64,000 bases of DNA, taken from NCBI GenBank assembly GCA_050084985.1, contig JBITNC010000001.1, forward strand, positions 159,836,001 to 159,900,000. The letters run 5' to 3'. A model generated the notes under the pieces. That model did no database searches. It was given only the letters and a program-made list of their open reading frames with translations, and was not told where the DNA came from. This DNA comes from Nageia nagi (taxonomy: Eukaryota; Plantae; Pinophyta). Shown in pieces: positions 12,537-27,247 of the stretch (position 1 is the first letter of the stretch; each line of letters opens with the position of its first letter). The position numbers and the translations under genes were made by a program.

Positions 12537-15500
12537 TCAAACTTCACTACCTCTTGAGGGTAACTTCACCAACCCGATAGCATCCTTGAGCTTACAGAAC
12601 TGAGCTTCCGGGAGGGGCTTCGTGAACAAATCAACGGAGTTCAAGAACTCCAGGTGTATGATGCCATCAAGAACCTTCTTTCTAATAAAATGGGTATGAA
12701 TTTCCACATGTTTTGTTCTCTGATTAAACATTGGATTCTTCACCAAAGAAATAGCCGATTGATTGTCTGAAGAGATCAAAGATGAGCCACCTTGCTCATA
12801 CCCAATTTCTTTTAGAAGATGCCTTAGCCAAATCGCTTCCTGAGCTGCAATAGACATGGCATGATATTCGGTTTCTATGGTGGAAAGAGAAACAGTAGGT
12901 TGCTTCTTGGAAGCCCAAGAGATAGCACCTAAACCAATGCTAAACATATACGCAGAGGTTGACTTCCTATCATCTTTATCTCCCCCATAATCAGAATCTG
13001 AGAATCCACAGAGAACAAACGAGGGCAACTTGGAATACTTGAGAGCAAAATCCTTAGTCCCTGCAACATACCTCAAGATTTGCTTAACAGCATTGAAATG
13101 CTCAACATATGGTTTTTGCATGAATTGTGCCATCAGATTCACTGCAAAGGAAATATCAGGCCTGAATATAGTCAAATACAAAATACTACCAATTAATTGC
13201 TTGTAAGCTGTAGCATCAGCTAACTGAGAGTTGGAGCTTAGAGAAACAGTGATTCCAGGAGAGACTGGAATTGCAGCATATCTACACTCCATTCCAAACT
13301 TCTGCAAGATGTTTAATATATGCGTAGATTGATTGAAGTACAATCCTTCTATTAATACACTTGCATTCCAAAATAGTGGTGCAAGAAACCAAGATCAATC
13401 ATTTCAAACATTGCCTTAAGTTTGGATATGCACTCTTGAATGATTTCATCATTGTTCCCAGTAATCAAAAGATCATCCACATAAAGGAGAATCAAGACCA
13501 CGTCTTTTCCTTGATTGAGCACATATAGATCGGAGTCAGAAAAACACTTGGAGAATCCAATGTCTGCAAGGTACCCTGAAATCTTTCTATACCAGGCTCG
13601 AGGTGCTTGCTTAAGTCCATACAAAAACTTCTTTAGCTTGCACACAAAGGACTATTTGCCTTCCACAATAAACCCTTCTGGTTGATTCATGAAGATTTCC
13701 ACATCCAATTCACCATTGAGAAATGCGCTCTTAACATCAAATTGAAAAACTTTCCATCAAGTTGAAAAACTTTCCATCCTTGAGTTGCAGAAAAAGCAAG
13801 GATAACTCTCATAGTAGGCATCTTTGCCACGGGAGCAAAGGTTTTCTTATAATCCACATCGTATTTCCGAGAAAAACCTTTAGCTACTAATCTTGCCTTG
13901 TATTTCTCAATATTTCCAACCGAATTGAACTTGACCTTGTAGATCCACTTATTGCCAATCATATTCTTATCATTAGGATAAAGAACCAAGTCCCAAGTTT
14001 TATTTTTTATAAGCGCCCCGTACTCGAATTTCATGGCTTCCATCTAGCACTCGTGCTTAGAAGCTTCTTTGAAAGTTAAGGGCTCATGTTTGTTGTCAAT
14101 CTTGGCAATTAAGGATTCGTTCAAGGTCATGCTCCTTGTTACCCTTTGTGTTAGAGAATTTTGTTCCTGAGGTGATTGTCTACATCAATATCCAACCAGC
14201 TAAGAGCAACTGAAGATTCCTCTGAATCATCAACATCCTCGTTAGAAGCAGATTCTTCAGGAAGTTCATTGAACTTTACATCCCTTAAAACAAATACTGC
14301 TTTATAAGTTGAAGAGAAGAGCCTGTAGCCTCTATGCTAACTATCATAACCCATAAAGATGCATTTTTCAGCTCTTTTGTCTGACTTCTTCCTTTTCTGG
14401 GAAACAATGTAGGAGAATGCTTCACAACCAAACACCCTAAAGTGAAAAATGATAGGTTTTCTTCCTGACCATGCTTCAAAAGGAGTTTTACTCTGAACGG
14501 CTTTTGTAGGACACCCATTCAAGGTGTAAATAGCAGTGCTCACAACTTCACCCCACAAGAATTTAGGAAGATTACCTAACATGCATCTAGCCATCTCCAT
14601 AATTGTTCTATTTTTCTTTTCGGCAACACCGTTTTGCTGAGGAGTGTAAGGAATCGTAAACTGCCTCTTGATTCCATACTTAGCACAATAGTCATTGAAC
14701 TCATTGCTGTTATATTCTCCCCAATTATCTGATCTCAACATCTTGATTTTAAGATTAGTCTAATTTTCAACAAAGACCTTAAAAAAAAACTTTCAAAGGT
14801 TTGATCCTTGTGCTCAAGTAGATACCCAAAGGTCATCCTACTAAAGTCATCAATGAAGGTCAAGACGTAAGATGCTCCTCCAAGCGACTTAGTCTGAAAC
14901 GGACCCATAAAATCTGAATGCACAAGTTGAAGAGGTTGAGATGCTCTTGTTGCCTTATTTTTTTCAAACTTTTGTTTATGCATCTTACCAAGAATGCACT
15001 TCTCGCATAGACCAACTGAAGAAGAAATTGAAGGCAAACCTTCCACAAGTTCTTGGTCTTTCGTGATTTGAATACTCTTGTGGTTAAGGTGCCCTAAACA
15101 ATGGTGCCAAAGATTGCCTTTAGAACACACTAGAAAAAAGACATATCTTTGATAGAACTTGATCCATAATGTAGAGGTTATCTTTCACTGATCCTTTAAC
15201 CAAAGTGGCAAGTCCTTTCTTAATGCACCAGAATTGAGAGTCAAACTCAAAAGAGTACCCTTTTCTAGCAACTTGGATCACGGAGAGAAGGTTAATCCTT
15301 AACTTAGGAACATAGAGAACATTTTCAAGAACCTTTTCGTGAATTAGCACACTCTTAATTCCTTGGACTTCAAAGGTAAGAGTTATCACCTATCACAACC
15401 GCATCCTTATTACACTTGTGAAAGTTCTTAAACTTTTCTTTTTCAAAGCATAGGTGATTAGTGTAACCATAGTCAACAATCCATTTAGATGAAAAAGTAT

Positions 15501-15997
15501 GAGACATGGAGTAGAGTGCCGCAACAAAACCAGCATGAGTATTTTTCTTTCCTTTGTAGTTCTTTACATTTCCATTGCCTTTGTACTTTTTCTCTCTTTT
15601 TCTTTTTGTAACAATCAACTTTTTTGTGACCTTGAATGCTATAATAGTTGCAATTGCCATCAAACTTTTCCTTAGGATAAAGAGTGTTTGCTTTGCCTTT
15701 TCCATCTCTTTGCTTGAAGTGATTGTTGTTGCCGTTGTTCCTGCTACTGTGGTTGTTTTTGTTGTTCCTATTGCTGTTGTAGCCACTGCCTATTTTCTCA
15801 AACCTTTTGGAAGAAGAAAGGTAAGATTTCTTTTGATGGTTGAACTTCTTCTTGAAAAGAGTTTTGGTTGCTCCAAGAGCAACGTTATTCTCCTTAGGAG
15901 AAGAAATCAACCTTTTATTGTTAAGGGTTTTCTCATGCTTTAATAGGTGCCTTGAAATGTTCTCAAAGGATATGAATTCTTCATGACTCTGGGGCAT
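12537..15997 (-). pseudogene. Copia gag-pol polyprotein with frameshifts and stops
   Basis: Split across ORFs 15485-15997, 15120-15389, 14735-15130, 14337-14741, 13687-14043, 13352-13645 and 12537-13343. Confidence 0.93.
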
Positions 15998-16019
15998 GCT
16001 CGTGCATCTTTCATCATCT

Positions 16020-16140
16020 GGCTGTTATGGGTCTCCATACTGGCCGTGAGTTGATCATGCCTAGGCAATGTTGCTCATTGCCATTGCAAAAATTGTGTCC
16101 CAAAATGCTACATCTTGGGGTGTGTCGTGCGGGCACAACA
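16020..16140 (-). mobile_element. Terminal fragment of a large-LTR family (same terminus as 42260 and 62702)
   Basis: ggggtgtgtcgtgcgggcacaaca matches ggggtgcgttgtgcgggcacaaca ending at 42260. Confidence 0.7.
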
Positions 16141-17744
16141 AGCTCCAAATTTACAAGGAGGCGGAAAGCTACCTCTTCATATCTCCACAATGCCTTTGTA
16201 GTAGGACAACTCAAGCTCTAAGTAAAAATAAGTTCGTTAAATAAAATGTATTTTATTTTAATGAATTGTTCAATAATAATAAAAAAATCAAAATCTTATT
16301 TCTTTTTCTTTTTCAGATTTATCATGGGAGGATTAGGGTGTGGTAAGACACTAAATCTTAAAAAGTTGTTAATTAGGATTTTATGCCAACCATGTAGTGT
16401 TATGGGTGTGAGCAAAATTGGAGCAGATTTGCACATATCCACTCAAAGAAGTATGACAAGATCACCTAGAAGTGCTTGAATGAATTGGTATTCGATATTG
16501 TTATGGGTGTGAGCAAAATTACTCTATTGTGTTATTAACTTATTTGATATGTAATATTGAGAGATGGCTAAAACTGAACTTTTCATATGTGAAAATATGT
16601 ATATTTTGCAAGCTCTTTTTTATTGAGTTTTTCCTGAGTCAACAAGCTTGCCAAGTCTAAGTCTGACTACTATGGTCCCCCATTGTAAACTAAATATCAA
16701 ATTTGAATACATCCTATCCTTTTTAAGCACAAAACAGGGGAGAGGAGTGACTAAGTAGGCACCTTACCTCACCCATAGTCAAGATGAGACTGAGTCAACT
16801 CAGCCCACCAATATATAGGAACAATAATATGTCAGCTCTATGCTCATGGTATGTATCTTGTCTCATCGATCTTGAACATTATATTTGCCTTTACATCTTG
16901 TTTTTCTGATGAAAAACATTGCACCGATTTTTTACATATACATACTCAAATAGAAATGAAATGAAAATTTGTTAACGTCCATAGGTGACCAAAAGCAGTC
17001 AATGGGACTAGCTTGTACAAAAAATAGTGTAGTAGCTAGCAAAGCCCCTAAAGGGTCCACCCTAGGTCTAAAGTACAAATAGTATAAAGCAAAAAGACTA
17101 AACATAATGGGGGTCAAAAACCCTAATGATGATGGAAATATAACATAGGGAAATCAATACAAGACATTTTTGGGCCTCTCTAGGAGAGTTGCATGCTAGC
17201 TTGAAAGGGGCATAGCACCAAGTAGGTTCCATGTTGGCACCCAAAAATTCATTTGGGAGTAGAATAACTTGCAGCCATGTTACAATACCTTTTCTTTGGA
17301 TGTCCCTTGAGATATATATTGTAGAGGCACCACACATCAAAATGTTCTTAAAATGCAAGTGCAAATATGAATGAGAAAGATGCTGAACATTCAACTTTCA
17401 TTATTTTTAAATCCTACTGATGATAGTAAACTGTTCGAAACAATCAATCCTGTTTCCTCGATTACCAGCTCAACTATTGGTTCCTCAACCCTAATTGCTG
17501 ATGACATAGAACCTTACAGATAATACATGATCAATCCCTTCACAGCACGAATTGGTCTCTAGTGGATGTTAATATACTTTCTTTCTTTATCTTTATCAAT
17601 GCATCACTATTTAATTTTAGAGAAACAAGTTCCTTAAAATGTTGGTTAACCAGATTTTACAAAGTTTCAAGATTGTAGTCATATAATTCACATATCTAGG
17701 GCACAACATGTTCTAAACCTTGATTTTTGAATAGAAAGACCCAC

Positions 17745-17856
17745 CTCCAGTTTTACGAACCACAGGAATTGCTCCATAACGCATTGCTGTCAACTGGGTT
17801 AATCCACATGGCTCAAAGATAGATGGTACAAGAATAAAATCAGCACCTGCATATAT
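17745..17856 (-). CDS. SS3: Starch synthase III, probable penultimate exon (112 bp)
   Basis: [37 protein letters not shown](G), with the GT1 EPCGLTQL motif; gtag| and |gtgggt; the final GLYDTV.. exon was not found in 1-17744. Confidence 0.97.
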
Positions 17857-17983
17857 CTACAATGAATCCAAGATAAGATATGCTTCTCATAAGGGACAAT
17901 TCTTCAAATAATAAAATTGAACAAAAAAGGGAGGCAAGATACTATTTATGGATCCAAACATTGAAAAAGTACAAATATCTCAC

Positions 17984-18115
17984 CAAATGTGAAAGAGGTT
18001 CATTATAGGTCAAGCAAAGTCGTGCCATGTCACCATTCGTATTATGTAGATGATTTGCTAAATTATTGAAGTCATTTTGTATGCGTGGATCTGGAGCTGA
18101 ACCAAGTAAAATTAT
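17984..18115 (-). CDS. SS3: Starch synthase III, internal exon (132 bp)
   Basis: IILLGSAPDPRIQNDFNNLANHLHNTNGDMARLCLTYNEPLSHL; tgcag| and |gtgaga. Confidence 0.97.
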
Positions 18116-18339
18116 CTGCAACGATATGTCTCATAATCATAAGGTCATGTAAGCTTGTAGAAGAGTAAAATGAAACAAAAACAATCTAAGATTTGTTTAA
18201 GTGTTGATGACTAATGATTGGCATGCTCTGATTCTAGTCTGTTCTTTCATGGTTTTATACCCACAAGAAACATTGCTTCTACAGTCTTTTCCTAGTTACA
18301 GAATTAAAATGAATAAGTAAAGATGCATATATGGATTAC

Positions 18340-18522
18340 CTGGCCACTGCGATCAAGTGTACGCGAAATGGCATGTTTGATAAGATGGACACCCTTTTGG
18401 GCAGTCAACCGGGTTATAATTCCTACAAGAGGTCGATCAACTTGCTTCAAACCTAATCTGCGCTGTAGTTCCTCTTTTGCAGCTCTCTTGCCTTCTACCA
18501 CATTTTCTTTAGTGTAGGCTAT
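18340..18522 (-). CDS. SS3: Starch synthase III, internal exon (183 bp)
   Basis: IAYTKENVVEGKRAAKEELQRRLGLKQVDRPLVGIITRLTAQKGVHLIKHAISRTLDRSGQ; tttcag| and |gtaatc. Confidence 0.97.
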
Positions 18523-21500
18523 CTGAAAGAGCAGAAAAACATTTTCTCTACCATGTTATTATTGACATGCCACTATGATGTTTCTAAGTGTTCACCATTT
18601 CAATTTAATTGAGTCATACAAATTTTCAATTCATTCAATCTACAAAAAACTCTGCAGTATCCTATGTCTAACTTTCAATGACTGCAAAGCAAAAAATAAA
18701 TTTCTGAAAATGGCTTAGATCCAAACGTTATAAGTTTGACATATCTGAAGAAAACTGATGTGTTCCCAAATAATGCAAAACGGTTTAGAACTGATAATTT
18801 GCATAATTTTGGTTCTATAGTAAACTAAGAGTGAACCTGCGGGAAAAGAATGAAACAAAGAGTCTCTGTCCACGGGAAGTAAAAAACAATTCATCAAAAA
18901 GCAAAATGTAAGAAATATCCAAACAAAGAAGTATGTCCTACAACATACTATGTAAGCAAGAATTGATCTGTACAATTTAATACTCATCAAAAATTTAGAC
19001 TGTGTTTCATGCAGATGTGTCCTTACCTCCTTTCACACCCTTGGGGACACATCCCCATTGGGAAGGAGATGGCGTACAAAAGCCCCCTTGCAAAGGGCTG
19101 GTTGGAGAATGTTCCCAATTCCCACTATGCCCCTCCTCTACTTACACGAACACAATGGGAATGCCTAGAAATCCCTCATGTACATGAAAAAGAACCAAAA
19201 AGAAACGACCTCCAACTAACTACGAATCTCAAACTTGTTTTGAATGGCATTTTCTTTGTTCTTTTATTGTGTTATAATATTTTGAATCTTGATACTCTTA
19301 TGTGAGGTACCTTCAAATTTAAGTTTGAACTTGAACATCTCAAGCACCTTCAGTCTAGTCAATTTTAGTGTCTCCCATGGTTAACATTGGTGTTTCAAAC
19401 ACCTACAAGCAAAGTCTGATGGGTCACCAATTAAAATGTCAATTTATTAATAATATCATGTAAGGTATATGCTACAGTGCATAATAGTGTACAATATATG
19501 ATGTAATATCTCTAAAATCTCGAGTTTATAGAGTAAATTTTTAATCATTCATACCATTTCACTTTTTCTACCAATATTTATAAAATATTAAAAACAAATT
19601 AATAATCACCTCATTTGTAAATTTTTATATAGTCTGTATTTTCAATTTCTTAATTACCAGTCTACCCTGCCATCCCCTTTCTGTTAAGAATTGGGGTTGT
19701 ATTTTGAACATTCATTTTCACATCAATATTCCCTTCTCCCCTAACCCTTCCCCAAAAAGGGACTTAGGGGAACATAAGATAGAAATATTTTTCAGAGTGT
19801 AGTTTAATTCTTATCCCACTGATTCCAGTATTTTTTAGGTTACCTTTGTGATTATTATTACGGTACTTTTGATATGCATAGGAAGTTGTAATGGATGTGT
19901 AAGTTTAACATCCTGTTTAATTTATTTGATTTTTCCTATATTTGAAGTGTACAAATGACTGAAAGACTCGGTTGAGGCCAGATATGTGTCTTTTCTTGTC
20001 AAAATACTGAAATTTTCAATTAAGATTGCCAATGAACAAAATTTGTCAATGCGCATTATGTAAAATGTACAAAAGAGATTAAAAATAGTGCAAACACATT
20101 TTGTGAAAGAAAAAACATGGACTAGATCAGAAAATCAAATGAAACAAAATGAGAGGGGGTCTAGAAATGCCAAGAGAGGGAAGTAAAGGAGATAGAACGG
20201 AACATCAAATATCCAAATAGGAAAGTGTGTAAAATAAACAAAGAAGCCCCAACGAGAAAGCTGAACCAAAGGAGCCCTCCATTGTGGAATCCCAACATGC
20301 AAGACTGAGTTAGTGAAGATTGATGAGATTCAAACTGCTGCCTCAATGGAAGTCTTTGGCTCTGCAGTGCCTGACAGATTTCATGGATAGGTGTCTTCTA
20401 AAAACAATACCACTCACTTACACTTTCATAAAACAGTATATCAGAAAGAACTCAATGCATAAACATCAGAATTTATACACAACATAGAGCATCAATAGCT
20501 GTCTTCTATTTACTCAAAACAATAAAAAAAAGCTCCGCACATAAGCCAACAAACAACAGTTAGAAAAAAGAGAATACATAACATATAGGCCATCAAACAA
20601 CTACAAATGAAAATTACTTTTGGTTTCAAGAATTATTGTTCTATTAGACTGCTCAGAATTAATTCCTTTTAATAAATTGAACCCTCTGCCATCTGGTTCT
20701 GAACTGAAAGGAGCATAGTTTAGAAGTGAGAAATCAGATTGACACTTGTGCCAGATAGAATAGGAATAAGAGAGGACATGAAATTTGTCTGCAACCTCAT
20801 TCATCAGCATCACCATTCCAACAATTTTGCTATCATAGCTTGGCCATGCAGCTTCATTCCACTGTTTCCATTTATGGGTTGAAAGTAGTTCACTAATCTT
20901 GAGATGTTTAATTTAGAAATCTACCTTTAAGAAGATCCTATCAAGAATAACCTACAAATAACTATATCAATACTATTCTACTAGGCATAAGTATTTTTTC
21001 AGATACAATATTCAACTCTTTGATATTTTCTATACTGAACATGATGATTCAAGTTATTGGCATGGTATGTAGGTGTAGTACGAACTTTTGATGTCCAGGT
21101 AACATCCACACGCATCACATATGGTGTTTCCATACCATCTAATATTCTTTCCGTCTCAGAGGCCTCAGAACGCCTATGTTTCAATATTGAAACAAAATAT
21201 TCACTCGTATATTATATGTAAAAAGTCCAAATTATCAACCATTGTTTGGTAACTATTGTGCTTCTACAATTTTATCAAAGCATTTTCTTCACAATTTCCA
21301 TTGACATACTTTGATAGTCTGTAGACATTATTAAAAACTTCTTTCTTCCTTTTTTCTATACTGAGTTGCATGATAGAATAGGGATCACAAAAACAGACGT
21401 AGATAATATTGCTTCAAAGTTCAGAAATGTCTAGGCTGAATGGATATTACAATAGTTTAACAAATATATAACTTATTAAATAAATGCCAATAGATGCACA

Positions 21501-21597
21501 TAACCATATAACATTTGAATATGGCATAGTCCTACAGTATGCCATGTCCATCATCTTCCTAGTTATAATTGCAAAGTTTCAATAGCAAAGAACTCAC

Positions 21598-21726
21598 AGG
21601 AATAAAAGGATCATTGAAAGGATCCCAAATATCAGGATCTATGCCATTTAAAATCCCATGGAACTTATAACGGTGTGGAGCAATAGCCGGATTTCCTGAG
21701 ACCTCTTGTGCATACGTATACGAAAC
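21598..21726 (-). CDS. SS3: Starch synthase III, internal exon (129 bp)
   Basis: VSYTYAQEVSGNPAIAPHRYKFHGILNGIDPDIWDPFNDPFIP; gcag| and |gtgagt; continues in phase from the exon at 43257-43427. Confidence 0.97.
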
Positions 21727-22473
21727 CTGCAAATGAACTTATATGTTATGTTGACAGAATGAGAACCGCTAATTTGTAGAATAGTAACAAAAAAACACAA
21801 AATTTGCGCAATTTCCAATATACATTGATTCATTAAAAAGTAAGAAATCTATATGTGAATCATAAGTTATGAGGTGCTCTATTTCCTTGCGTATATTTCT
21901 GGAGATACACCATGTGACTCTGCTGTGTTGTACATGGATGCTGCAACTTCCTTGTGTTATAAAGTAATAGTGTGTGCATTTCTTTCAAGAAAGAAAAAAA
22001 AAATCTGCAAGAGAGTGATCTCGACTGCCGAACAAACTCTTATCAAACAAAACAAACCTTAAGAATTCTGGCCTTACTCTAAGAGAATATGGAGAATCCC
22101 AATGGGGTCAATAACTATACTCCTGTACATCCAAAGGAGTAATATTTGACTACACAACAGTGAATCTCACTCTTTAAATGCTGAAGGTACTTTTTCTAAG
22201 CACAAAATAATTTTAAAGCATGATCAAAACAAGGGAAAATATTTGCAGACAATACAATTTTTGAGAATTGTATACTCCCATTTTAATGAAATTACAATTG
22301 TCCTTTAAATATGCAGTGGAATAATTTGTAATAGATGTAAAGAAGACCCAAAAAGCAGTAAATAACATTAACTCATCAACGATTATGATTAACCATGTAA
22401 AAGTTAAGGTTGCATATTGCATCAGATTTGTATGAAGTGAATTTCATAATGAAAAGGAAGTTGTGTGACAATT

Positions 22474-23087
22474 TGTTAAAATGTTAACCTTTATTTGGTG
22501 TTTAGTGAGAGTATTATACTATTATTTGATTTTGTATTTATTTTATTAAATTGTAAGGGAATATTCTAAAAGAATCCTTACAACTATGTTATCCTCTTAT
22601 GAGTCATTTGTAAATCCTCCTATGAGAAATCTAAAGTGACCTTATATGTCACATGCATGCATTATTCTCTAATGCAAGATGGTACTATTAGAGATTGGAA
22701 TTACTCATGTAACTCCCCTTCTCACCTCTATAAGTAGAGGTGCTCCTCCTTCATCCTATACAATGAAGGATGGCATAGACTCATAGAGTAGAGTTATCAT
22801 GTTAGTTTGTGTAGTGATTAGGTTGAACTAGTGTAGTTATTGCATCTATCTACTACTCTTTATCATTGCCATCTTCATTAATATATGTTTTTTTTTTCCT
22901 TACCCCGTACCCCCACTTGAAAACTTTGTTGGTGGAGAATGATTTTTATTTTAGTGCCTCCTAACCTACTCGTCACTTGGATGCTCTTCCTGTGGTGTTG
23001 AATTACATCACACTTTCATTAATGGTATTATTCCTCAATTTTATCCATGAGATTAATATTTATTTTTTATGATCCATATTTCTAACA
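22474..23087 (+). mobile_element. Solo LTR (614 bp)
   Basis: TGTTAAAAT..TTCTAACA with CAATT TSD (22469-22473 / 23088-23092); TATA-like ctataagta near 22728. Confidence 0.85.
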
Positions 23088-23793
23088 CAATTTACAAAAG
23101 TAGGACTAATCAATAGATTGAATCCTCAACAAGGAAACCAAATAATCATTAAACATAGTAATTGAAATAAACAGGACTTTACACTGAAATATGCTTCATA
23201 TAACGTAGAAGAATCTTGGTAAATAATGAGATCAGTCACTTTCACAAACACAAATCAAGGAAAAAGGATTCCAAAAGATCAATTTTCCAGCCAGAATATA
23301 TCAGAACAATCTTAAGACCTGGTCCTATGACTCTAAAATGGATGTTCCATTTTTAGCCATTTACTCTTTAGAGTTAGTTATGGCCCAAGGTTAGATTCTT
23401 CATTTGGATTGTTCTTCTCACCAAAGTTCTTACAGGGAAGCAGCTTATGAAGAGAGGCTTTCATGATACTTTTAGATGTGAAATGTGTTTGAAAAGTGAA
23501 GAAAATCTTCACCTTTTCTTATATTGTTCTATTGCCCAAAAACTTTGGAAGATGTTGCCTCCCTTCTTGGTCTAAGATGGAAAAAAACAAAGTTACATAG
23601 GATATGTGTTTCCCCCTATAAAATAGTTGTATCCTTGTATCCTGCTTCCAAATACAAAGAAACTCCATAGGATGTGTTTCCTACTATGTCCCCAAACGAG
23701 GATACATCTCCTAACAATACCCAGGATGGCTTAGGAGAAAATGAGAATGTTTCCAAAACGTTTTGGTGAAAGGGGGTGGCTAGGAGACACTTA

Positions 23794-24790
23794 TGTAATG
23801 TACCCTTCTAGGGCTTATGCTAAACATGCACAATTACTCAACACAATTCCGCATTCATTTATAATTTAGAACACAACTGTAAATGCTCAACAAACATTCA
23901 AACATGCATTCAAGACTGAATTAAAACAACTATAACCAGATCTGATATATAGCAGTGATGAAGCTCATACAACATGTGAAATAGACCAAACTAGGACACA
24001 ATTGCAGATCTGTAATATAACAGTAATATACCTCCAAAATACTCTAATCCGCATACATCCTCATGCATAACGAATGATAATAGTACAGCAGTAATAGAAG
24101 AACATTCATTCACATCAAAAGAGCAAAATGAGAGCAATATAAGAGTCGAATATCAATAATAATGACCAAGAATAAGTATAGGGCTGTAACAAGCCGGTAA
24201 CAAGTTCTAGGGCAAAGCCCAAGATTCCAAAATGCTCAAGCAAGACTCCTAAAGGTTGGCACAAGACCCAAGACAGCTCCCAAGGCTAGCGCAAGTCTCA
24301 AATGGCTCCAAGATCCTAGCGCCAAGGCTAGAAGGTCTTCCAAGTTTGGTGCAAGCTCTCCAAGTGAATTTAATTGTGAATATGCCACTTCTAGGCTAGG
24401 GAGCAGCCCTAGCCCTTAGAAGGACGAGAGGGGAGCAATCCCAACTTTGAGATGATCTATGATCAAATGCCAAATTATGGTGGTGTTTAAGTGGTGAATC
24501 TCTCCTTTTATAAGTGCCTTTATATTGAAATCACCAATAATTAAACTCATGGTCAACTTGGAATAAAATAACTTTAGCCGATTTTTCCCTGGCCACGATA
24601 TTAGAATCCTAGTTTCGTGGGCGAACTTCAAAAGTCCATATCTCCCTTGTTCCTTAATGGAACCATGTTGTGTGAATTGTCAAAACGAGTGGCAGAAGAT
24701 TCTCCATCCATTCCAAAAGATAAATTAGTGATCCAAGACTTGTGAAGAAAGTTATGCCTTCTACAAGGTTTCTCAAAATTGGGGACTACG
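23794..24790 (-). mobile_element. Probable LTR remnant
   Basis: Starts TGTAATGTACCC and ends near ggggactacg; no TSD found. Confidence 0.5.
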
Positions 24791-25651
24791 AGGGATCCAA
24801 AATGCATGATGCTTCCAAATGACTACCATGTTGAACTTGATATATGCCATTGATCTCCACTCGAAGTATTCTTCAGCTTGTTTTTGCATCTTCTACGAGC
24901 TTCATCTTGCCTATTCAAAGTCAGCATTAAATAGAATAAAAATTGGGCTGCATGGATCTTGTTCACGGTCATTCCTTCAACATAAACATCCACTCTTTCC
25001 CAAAGGATTATATTTGATCTTGTCATCTCATTATCAAACAATTAAGTAATTGCTTCATATTCATGAAGGCAAAGAAGACATGGCATTGTTTCCTTGGGCA
25101 ATATCGACTCCATAAGATAATCTACTTCACCTTCCACTTTCTTCAACCTTTTTAGTTGCCAAATTAAGATGGCTACATGAATCTTTCTTTATGCTAATTT
25201 GAGAATTAGTAATTAACGAAACTACACCAATGTTGACAATTTCTTTGTCCTTATCAACAATATCCTTTATAAGTAATTAAACCTTGTTTTTAAGCTCAAA
25301 TTGTCCATTCCCACAAAGTAGGGGACATTCCATGGTTTTGTTATGGGACATAAATGCAAATTTTATGTTTAGCACAAAGGCCGAAGTATGGGTATTTCAG
25401 AATGATCAATAACTCCCCATGTAATCCATTAACATCATATTAGATCTTCATTTATCCAACCACAAGTGAAAAGGCCATAATGTAAAGTGTAATTGATATT
25501 CTTAATTATACTTCACATACATTGTCTGAGATATAAACTTGCATAACATCTTCCAACAAAGTCCAAGGCTTTGTAGTCAACATCATTGGACACATGCTAT
25601 TTGTTCGTCATCAAATAATAACTTCATAATTTGATTTTTATCATAGGGAAC

Positions 25652-27247
25652 TATTGATATTTAAAATTAGTCCTATAAACCAATTTATGCCAAATATGCA
25701 ACAATCAATAAAGAAATAAAATAAAGGATAGAATAGTGATGTAGTAATATTCACTGCAATAAGATAAATAACAATAAGTTAAGATAATGAAAGGTAAACA
25801 TGATTGTGAAGTAATATCTAGAACCATCCACAGCACACCATACCTTTTGATATCTTGCAATAAACTTATCTAGATGCTCATTTGGTCTTTGTTTGCAACC
25901 CATCAAATCTATTAATCCAAGAGGTCTTTGAATGTTGTACTTGAAATGATTCTTGAACAAATTCTTTAGCTATGGATAAGAAGTAATAGAAGTTGGCTCT
26001 AAGCTATGCATCCATTTCTTAGCCTCCCCAATCAAGCTCATTGGAAAATACTTAACATTGAGATTATCATTAATGTCGCATGTGAGCTCCATGGTGTACT
26101 CAAAGCCTTGAATAAGAGTTGTACGATCTCCCTCACCATTGAACTTCTCCAATTCAGGCTCCTTATTTGTTCTTGTGAGAATAGTGTTTATGATTTCTTC
26201 ACTTAATGGATTTCCTCTACCCTCCCTTATAGAAATACCCCCACTAAATTGTTCTTGCATATTGTCCATACAATGCTGCAAATTCAAAAGGATCTCATTA
26301 TAAGCCTAGTTTCCTTCTATTGTCGCAACCTATGGCAAAGGTTGCCTAGCATTTGTGTTGCAACCAACATTAGTGCTAGTATTGCTTCCAAATATTTTGA
26401 GTGCAATAGAAATAATTGGGCTCTTTCTTTGTGTTTTAATTGGTCTTCCATTTCTATCACATTCAAAGAAAATTCAATCAAAAAGCTACCAAGAATGACG
26501 TAGAAATGTGCAAGTTTGAATTGCACTTTTACCAATCCTAATTAGGGTGTGGAGAATGCAAAGAGTTGGTTTCACCAATTATGTTGATATTTAAAATTAG
26601 TCTTATAAACTAATTTATGCTACATATGCAACAATCACTAAAGAACTGAAATAAAGGATAGAACAATAATGTAAAAATATTTAGTGCAATAATATAAATA
26701 ACCATAAGCTGAGAAAATGAAAGGTAAAGATGATTGTGAAGTAATATCTAGAATGTGCGAAGTCTAAGAGCAATAAGACTAGAAAGCCAAGAGTAGCTGC
26801 CAAGGTTAACATTGACACCAATTTGCCTATGAATCAAGTCTCGTAACCAAAATCTATAACAATGTATAATGTTGACAAGCGTAATCTAGCATATAATAAC
26901 GAAAGAATGAATGGAAAGAATTTGTCTGATAACAAAACTCTCAATCAAAATAGGCGGTATTCAAGAACACCTACAAAGATAGCATGGTCCTATCAAGACA
27001 AAGATATGATAATCATCCCATGTGAAAGTTTTCCCTTTTTATAGGCAAGAGAACCACCATAATGCATGCATAGAATCCTATATTGATGCTAGGTTCCTTG
27101 CATAACAAAAGAGAGAAACAACATGAGATGGTACTTAAGGTGGCCCAAATGACAATAAGGTAAGATAGAACACTAAGATAGCAATTATTGTCAATTAAGC
27201 AATAACACAACTAATTAGGATACAAGTATCCAAATTAGGTGTCAACA
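25652..27247 (-). mobile_element. Internally deleted LTR element (5' LTR, gag fragment, partial 3' LTR)
   Basis: 5' LTR 26582-27247; PBS-like TGGTGAAACC; gag PELEKFNGEGD..KYFPMSLIGEAKKW; 25652-25823 repeats 26582-26753; near-TSD GGAAC/GGAGC. Confidence 0.82.

Larger units (their letters stand above)
11222..16000 (-). mobile_element. Ty1/Copia LTR retrotransposon, 5'-truncated and degraded
   Basis: Order gag (CNYYSIQGHKKVDC) - protease (WIVDYGYTNHL) - integrase (LRSDNWGEY, PQQNGVAEKKNRT) - RT (YVDDLL) - RNase H (RTKHVEIHTHFIR); PPT taagggggag at 11751-11760; 3' LTR ends at 11750 (left edge ~11222 approximate). Confidence 0.93.

Noticed and set aside
1-17744. Final SS3 exon (GLYDTVFD..WSWNRPA)
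   Set aside because: No such translation was seen in the ORF track or by reading; the region is almost all TE-derived.
18304-18501. ORF-track 65-aa protein as a stand-alone gene
   Set aside because: It is part of SS3 exon 18340-18522 reading through into the intron.
19000-19780. Possible hAT-derived MITE
   Set aside because: Terminal similarity is weak and no TSD was found.
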